Shown piece after piece: positions 57,092 to 64,000 of a stretch of DNA of 64,000 nucleotides. The stretch comes from Azolla caroliniana. Taxonomy: Eukaryota; Plantae; Polypodiophyta. The position numbers were made by a program, and so were the translations under genes. The DNA lies in NCBI GenBank assembly GCA_043228905.1, contig JBHGNT010000004.1, positions 6,510,001 to 6,574,000 of the forward strand. Direction: 5' to 3'. The number at the start of each line of letters is the position of its first letter. Position 1 is the first letter of the stretch. A model generated the notes under the pieces. The model ran no database searches. It had not been told where the DNA came from and was given only the letters and a program-made list of their open reading frames with translations.

Positions 57092-57324
57092 GGACACAGA
57101 CAGAAACACAGAGACAGTCAGAGACAGAAGAAGAAACAGAAGATGAAGAAGAAGGAGAAACAGAGGACTTTTTAGGGCAGTTAAGTATATGTATTGTATT
57201 TGTTAGGTATGTATATTCTTCAAAGAAAGGAGGAGGTTTTTCTCCGAGAGAGTTTGAAAAACAGGGGGGTTCATCATAAATTATATAATGGGTGATTTCA
57301 AAACCCATCTCCTCCTCCTACATC

Positions 57325-57680
57325 GTAGATCCATCCATCGATCAACTTATCGATCAATCGATTGATCGTGGGTCTTAAAGCTCTAGGTTTATCATATCGA
57401 TCGATCGATTGTGGGTAGAGCTCTAGCTCGATCGTATCGATTGATCAATTGTGGGTAGAGTTCTAGGTTGATCATGTCGATGGATCGTGGGTAGCACTCT
57501 AGGTTTATCGTATCGATCGATCGATTGTGGATAGAGCTCTAAGTTGATCAAATCGACCGATCGATTATGGGTAGAGCTTTGGGTTGATCGTATCGATTGA
57601 TTGATTGTGGGTAGAGCTCTACTTTGATTGTATCGGTCGATCGATCGTGGGTGGAGCTCTCGATTGCCTTATGATCGATG
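57325..57680. repeat. ~39-bp tandem minisatellite rich in GATC/ATCGAT palindromes (about 9 units)
   Basis: Consensus approximately GTGGGTAGAGCTCTAGGTTGATCGTATCGATCGATCGATT. Confidence 0.88.
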
Positions 57681-57799
57681 CCTCCACTTTCGACACATAT
57701 TTCTCACAATCAAGAATTATTTTGTAACTCGGGAGTAAAAGTATTATGTACATACTCAGGGTTTTCATTGTGCGAATATTGGATATCCATTTGAGATGG

Positions 57800-59450
57800 G
57801 TCAACAACTCACTTTACCAAAACCAATGGATACTACCAGTGATAGAACCAACCATTTTTTTTCATCAAGTGATTCGTAATTCTTCTTCACATAGATCTAC
57901 AATTATTTCAAAAACGGCTATTTCAACTTTCCTAGGAGGGTTTCATCCACAAATCCAAAGTTGATAATACCTTTATGTGCCCCACAAATGTGCCTTCACG
58001 TGTGGGGTCTTCCGACACATGAAAACTACCACACCACATCCTTGATTTGCATGGGCATGATGACTTTAGTGGCGCGGCTGACATGATACACACTCTTGGT
58101 TTGTCGTGTTGAAGTGAGGTTGTGACAAGTTCACTGAGTGCATATGTGGTTGTTGTCATTGACCATAGCATCAAAGTCAAAATTGAGAGAAACTACATTT
58201 GATACTTGCCATGGGTTGGGTTCCATCTCATAGCTCACAATCAATCTCCCGTGGACATTAAAAAGATATCTATCTATCTCTCCCTTGGCTCATAGATCCC
58301 ATTTGGTCTTTTATGGATCTTAAAAAGATATCTATCTATCTCTCCCTTGTCTCATAGATCCTAATCGGTCTTTCGCGAAAAAGATATCTACCTATCCATA
58401 AACTCCATTGATTAATTCAATTTAAACACCCAAGTCTTAAGTTTCATTGGCTAAAGCTCCATAGCCCTGAGTGGATGTGAGAAAAACATGGCCTCCTTCC
58501 TAGGTTCACTTTGAGATATTTTTGTCTCAAAAAACCGTCATAGACATGTATCAGATTTAGATATCAAGATTATTTCATCAAGGTAAGGTTGAATGTGGAT
58601 GAGTGTACCTGATATTTTGATTCCCTTGTCATCTTTATATGTGATTTAATCCACTACGTCATCGATGTAGAGTTCGAACAATGTTGGGAAGAGAGATAAT
58701 TCTTGGTTTACATTGATGCTACTTGTAATGACCTATTATATACCCGTTGGAAACTTGACTCATCCCAACAATCATACAAAGCATATATTCCCCACATCAT
58801 GCATAGAGTCTCTACAAAAGATGCTCACACGGTTCAATGTCAAAGGTCTTTCAAGATTTTATAGTGCGACCCTAAAATATTTTGGTTTGTGCCTTTTATT
58901 TATCCACTAAGCAACATGGTGATCAACATTAGAGAAACGTTGCCTAATTCCTTCTTGTCTTGTGGGGTTTGTGTCTCTCTGATCTCAACATTAGCGTTGA
59001 ACTCCACTTCAAGCATTGATCCAAAAAGTTTGGCAAATGTGTGGCCAGTCATGTAAGGCCCTAGTTGGAGGGGGCCCTCTTGATGTATGGAGATGCATAC
59101 TTTTGTGCATTGTCAAAGTGTTGGGAAAGTCCTCTACCAAGGTTTTATTGAACATGTGCATAGATAGAGGCAAGTACGCTTGCCACATATATGATGTGAT
59201 TGTTGTCATGATGTTTGATGGCACAAGTGCACACTATGGTTAGACCTAGCAAGCATCACATTGTAGTCTCGTGCCATTAAACTATCCTCCATATTGAAGG
59301 TGGTAAATGCCTTCTCAATCTTGTATGAGGCTAAGAGGGTGGAGGTAGAAGGGCAAGGCTCTAGGAGTTATAGGGGATTAGTGAAGGACATAATACAATC
59401 AAGGCCATGATTCTGTGGTGCACAATCAAACATAATGGTGTTTCACATTA
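57800..59450 (-). mobile_element. Degenerate Ty3/gypsy pol remnant
   Basis: Minus strand YIDDVV (RT active-site-like) at about 58650-58670, with other pol-like fragments and many stops. A ~60-bp tandem repeat lies at 58255-58400. Confidence 0.5.
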
Positions 59451-61743
59451 TGCATGAAAACTGCAGCACCATTTGCACTTCAAGATCTTCAAAGCAATTT
59501 TTTAGGGATATTTGTGTATTGTTTTTTCGTGGTTCAAAATATTTAATCAAAAGACTTATTTGAAGTGAATATATTTAGACTCGATGAAAAGTGGTTGGCT
59601 CTTACATGGTATGCTATGCTCATAAATTATATATTCTTTAACATTTATGCATTCTTACTTGGATCTTGCCACAAACTTGTCTTTACTCATTGACTGGGAT
59701 AATCATTGGCAAACTTCATGATGTGTTGCAAAAGAACTGTGACCAAACACCAACAGAAATGACTGATTTTCTTTGACAGTTTACAAAAAACTTGTGTTAC
59801 AAGGATGTGGAGACAAATTGTGTGTATCAGTCAAATACATACGCCACTAATACAACATATATACAGATTGCAATTGAGTTTCTCCTTCAACAATTTTCAT
59901 CATCATCACTGTTTGTATTGATCTCTTGTACCATTCTGATCAGCACGTAGAGCTTTTACATTGAGACCTCTAAAATGCAGAGTATTTAAGATACGCATGT
60001 ATAGCATTGTTATGCTATTTTTTTGTATGTTTATGAGACCTCTATCATTTCTTATATCTACCTCGATGTATGTGCTGGATTCATCAAGGTCACTATATTC
60101 CAGTTGTGGGTGTATGCCATACACACATTTATATTCTCTACCCATTTCCCGCTCCATATGTCATCCAAGTAACAGCATTTCTTTCATTTGTGGAAATCCA
60201 TACTCTGCAAACACATAAGTTCGCCTTAAGATACCGGGAGAGATAATATTCTCATAGATTCTGGAATAGACCATCCCAAAGTCGTTTATGATGTGCAGCA
60301 AATTTGCCTAGTAGTTCTTGAGCTCTGTATAGTTCTTGTTTCCGTAAGTGAGACGTCAAATTTTCTGCGGATATCTGCATTTTTATCAAAGATTCAATGA
60401 TGACATTTTTATCAACCAACACAACTATCAAGGAAGCAATCAGGGTAGAATATTCTGATTGCATATTCATACCAGGAGGATCCATAGCTTATATGATGAG
60501 GCATATGAAATCTGTCTTTCATCATCTTCATCACCATCTGTGCTACAGCTTGCAATACATATGTCCGTAAACTCTATCTCCCTTTCCACATACTTTTGGT
60601 CAGAAAGAATGTTATCATCATGATTTAAACATTTATTCCGGATGAAGAATAGGAATCTTCGATGCATCCAAAGCGACTAACATCAACAGAAAAATGTTTG
60701 AATAATTTAGAGGAATTTGAAACAAAAACTACTCATGCTTTAACTGAAAGGGTAGATAGAGCATCCTCTTATCATTTCTTAATCTCTCTTTCCACCACCA
60801 TAATATCTAAATTTCTCTTGATGTACTCACATGCCTGATAACTCAAGAGATTTTTTTATTCTTCAAAGAAGAATCGATCAAGATTCAGCTTCATAGTATG
60901 AGCCTCAACAACCAACAATTATTAATATCACCGTACATAGTTGTTTGAGGCATGTATTTTTAGTGGGCAGCGGGATCCAAACCCACATCATTTACCACAC
61001 ATATTAAGCATAAACTACAATTAATCAGAAAAGAACTGATACTTTAAAAAGTCTTTGGGGGATGCACACACACATGAGCCTATAGAAAACTGGAAACATA
61101 TTGGATGAATCCAGAGTACTGGCTATTGTGAAGTCAACTATGAGATATCCTTCACATGGGTTGTTAAAATGCACAAGAAAACATTGTGTAAACAATGAAT
61201 GTTTCGAAAAAAGAGATTTCATTTCACATTTCAGAAACAATTCCTAGAGGAATGGCATACCTCTCTTCCAATGTATGACTTGATCAATTTATTGTTCCAT
61301 TCAATCTCATCCTGCATGACATGAAACTGACTAAATAGAAATGCATAAGAGCATGCAGCATATCATTATGACTATAATGAGCATATTTGAGGAAGACATA
61401 ACCTTATCTACTAAAACACAGCTCCATTATCTTATTGCATGCCATTAGATAATAAAAAACTCATATCCTAATCTAGTCCCATATTTGTATAGTGAATGGA
61501 TCGTGTCTGATAAAGAGGACAAACTGCATAAAAAATGATAAAATATTAAGCTCTTTCGAAAGTGGCTTTTCTGAACTATTCCTTGCTCCAGAGAAGTTAC
61601 TGGACAGCCCTTTCTCAGCTTCTACTCAATTGCATTGCTAAGGTAACATCCTCAATACTATACTCGCCCCATTCCAGAAACATGACATATAGATCCAGTA
61701 GAAAGAAAGAAAGAAAGATATATTAACGTCTTTTAAGAGGCCA

Positions 61744-62328
61744 TTTGCTTGCTTGCTTGCTGCAGAGAGCCGGATGAAGGGAGACCTTCACGTCCGGTTC
61801 GGAGGGCAGGGTGACCTTGACCCTACTATCATTATGCTTTCGTTATGTTACTTGGATTAACCATATTCATGACCTCTTTCAGTATGTGTGATTTTCTACT
61901 TTTCTGGATGGACAGTTGATTGTATCTCTAGTTTTCTGTGAATTAGCATTAAAAGGTTCTTTAATAGGCATAAACAAGCCGTGTTGTCGTGTTGGCAGTA
62001 TGCTGGTCGGCTTCACAAGCAAGCTGTGGGTCTTTTTCAATCACTAATTCTTATTTTGGCCAAAATCGTTGTCGTTGGTTCACATTTTATGGCATCGCAG
62101 AAATTGATTGCTGTGACGGTATAGCAAGAGAAAGTTAGAGAGAAAGGGCTATGGGAATGTGAAGGACTCCCTTCGTTGAAAAAGAAAGTGTCGATTGTCT
62201 ATTCTTTAGGCACCCACGGGAGACTAATCTCTCCTAGAGAACACGTGTGGGAAGTATTCGTTTCTAATAATCCCAAAGTCTTTAAGGTTTTGACCATTTT
62301 CTGTAACCATTAGGATGCTCCGAAAACA
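61744..62328 (+). other. nad5: NUMT: mitochondrial group II intron 3' end (D5-D6) plus nad5 terminal exon and probable downstream spacer
   Basis: D5 GAGCCGGATGAAGGGAGACCTTCACGTCCGGTTC (61767-61800), D6 ending CCCTAC (61826), then YHYAFVMLLGLTIFMTSFSMCDFLLFWMDS*LY from 61827, matching the Nad5 C-terminus. Confidence 0.85.
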
Positions 62329-62668
62329 AGTGTTGTCTCCTCTTTGAGAACAACAAATCAACTAACCAAAATAAAATAAATATTACTCCCTAAATATAAA
62401 AGTAAATAAGATAGAAGGACTCCCTTCGTTGAAAAAGAAAGTGTCGATTGTCTATTCTTTAGGCACCCGCAGGAGACTAATCTCTCCTAGAGAACACGTG
62501 TGGGAAGTATTCGTTTCTAATAATCCCAAAGTCTTTAAGGTTTTGACCATTTTGTGTAACCATTAGGATGCTCCGAAAACAAGTGTTGTCTCCTCTTTGA
62601 GAACAACAAATCAACAAATCAAAATAAAATAAATATTACTCCCTAAATATAAAAGTAAATAAGATAAA
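62163..62668. repeat. ~253-bp near-perfect tandem duplication spanning the NUMT/LINE junction
   Basis: The block AGGACTCCCTTCGTTGAAAAAG...AAATAAGATA occurs twice with few differences. Confidence 0.92.
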
Positions 62669-64000
62669 AAGAGACAAGGGAAACTGGTTTTCGACACATG
62701 TGAGATTCTTAAGTTAGATGTATTGTAACTTTTGTCTTCGAAAGACCTCTAGCATAGGTCGATCCAGAATGGAAAGGTCTCCGATGCGAGGGAAGCACCT
62801 GCGATGGCAGGAGATAATGGCTTTTATCTGTCAATGACAAGGGTGTTGAGGTTGTGGTCCATGGGGCCGGGGCCTACGTGCACGACAAATTGCTATTGCC
62901 CGATCAATTGTAACCCTTTTGTTATGTCTTGGTCAGGAGCCCATTTGTGTATCCCTTGATTGACTTGTAGCATTAGTCAAAGTGATGGGACTAAAGAGAG
63001 TTGTGATTGTTTTGCGTGGATGAGTTTGTGTGGCTGTATTCTTCAACAACTTTTCCCGATGTCTCTTTGGCTCTCGCAAGAAAAGCCCTAGGCACTATTG
63101 GTCCTCGTATTCTATTAGCTTGCGTAGCGGGCCAAAGCCTTGTTTAAAGAGGCAATGGTATCTCCCTCTGATTTCATAAAAGACACTACAGTGACAAACA
63201 TAGTGTTCTTCAGACTCCACTCCTTGATGACACAATTGGAAAATTCTTTCTTCTAGAGGTATTCGTGTATATCTGCCTCCCTCAATCTCTAACTGATGTG
63301 ATGAAGTTCGCAGCTGCCCTATCACACTACGCAACGCATAGGATATATATATGTCCATATAAGGTGGCCTGATGATGACTCCATCCTCCAATGTGTGTAA
63401 GAAGTGTCTTATAGTGGGCCATCTTCATACCAAGTGATGTTTTGGGGCCAATCCATGTTATCTTGTTTTCCAAGTTAATAATATCAGTTCAGATCAATCT
63501 ATTCTTTTTCCACTTTGGTCATATTTAGATGGGGACTGTCCAAGCTATATTGGAACGGGTGTAGTGCATCTATACTCATGCCATGTGACTCGAACCATAA
63601 TTAATATGCGTTTCTAGTTTGTGGAACTTATATTGCTAAATTTACATCAACCGCACATTAAGTATGGGGTGACGTCACAATTCAAGTAAATATAAACTTT
63701 ATAACCAGATTTAGTTATGCACGTAGTGAATGCAATGAACAACCATCAAGATAAAAAGAAATTTCTGCATGCCATGCAGTGTAGAGAGAAGATGCAAAAG
63801 AGAAGTGGTTGCAAAGAGGGAGAAAAGCATTATGATTCACAAAAGGGAAAATGGATGCCACATGTTAATAGGTAAATAAATCATAAACTTCAATACCTGC
63901 CAAACACTTCCAGCTTCCTCATCCACAAATAATCGCTGAAATAAACACTGCCATAAATCACAAGCAAATTATCATACACATTTTTCATTGAACCAGCCAG

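Larger units (their letters stand above)
61700..63600 (-). mobile_element. 5'-truncated RTE-X-like LINE copy, 3' end interrupted by a NUMT
   Basis: WFESHGMSIDALHPFQYSLD...QLRTSSHQLEIEGGRYTRIPLEERIFQLCHQGVESEEHYVCHC. (TTTC)n tail at 61700. Homologous to 32311-33303. Confidence 0.82.
59906..63950 (-). pseudogene. Spliced putative pseudogene of an unidentified protein (extends beyond the window)
   Basis: Exon-like segments bounded by cag|...|gtatg/gttatg (e.g. 61312-61261, 61525-61403, ending at 63897) and long protein-like frames (61079-60733, 60667-60252, 60206-59906), all containing in-frame stops or frameshifts. Confidence 0.4.

Noticed and set aside
56618-57175. 185-aa antisense ORF over RPL11 (likewise 13955-14422 over Hyccin)
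   Set aside because: These are shadow ORFs expected from codon bias on the coding strand and show no recognisable motifs.
57325-57680. CRISPR-like regular repeat array (also considered for 24100-24385)
   Set aside because: The units are head-to-tail with no unique spacers, there are no cas genes, and the context is eukaryotic.

Overview
This is a gene-dense land-plant nuclear window. It is most likely a fern, inferred from the GT-AG intron genes, abundant GA/CA microsatellites, an RTE-X-like LINE and a mitochondrial nad5 fragment with a stop at a conserved Arg codon. Eight apparently intact genes are present: TMEM19/PGR-like DUF92 (-), a PPR5/EMB2453-like P-class PPR (+), Hyccin/FAM126 (+), TSJT1/Wali7-like (+), CDC50/ALIS (-), NF-YA (-), a CCR4/angel-like EEP nuclease (+) and mitochondrial uL11 (-). 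A spliced but stop-riddled putative pseudogene runs off the right end. Intergenic and intronic DNA holds hAT-type MITEs with 8-bp TSDs, solo-LTR-like inserts, L1-like, RTE-X-like and gypsy remnants, and tandem repeats. The most notable observations are: (1) a solo-LTR-like element carrying a tRNA-Thr(UGU)-derived cassette and HSE-like motifs; (2) a mitochondrial group II intron D5/D6 plus nad5 terminal exon inserted into a LINE 3' end; (3) a miR169-complementary site in the NF-YA 3' UTR; and (4) tandemly amplified cis-element arrays in three promoters. All family calls rest on recognising motifs by eye. No database searches were run.
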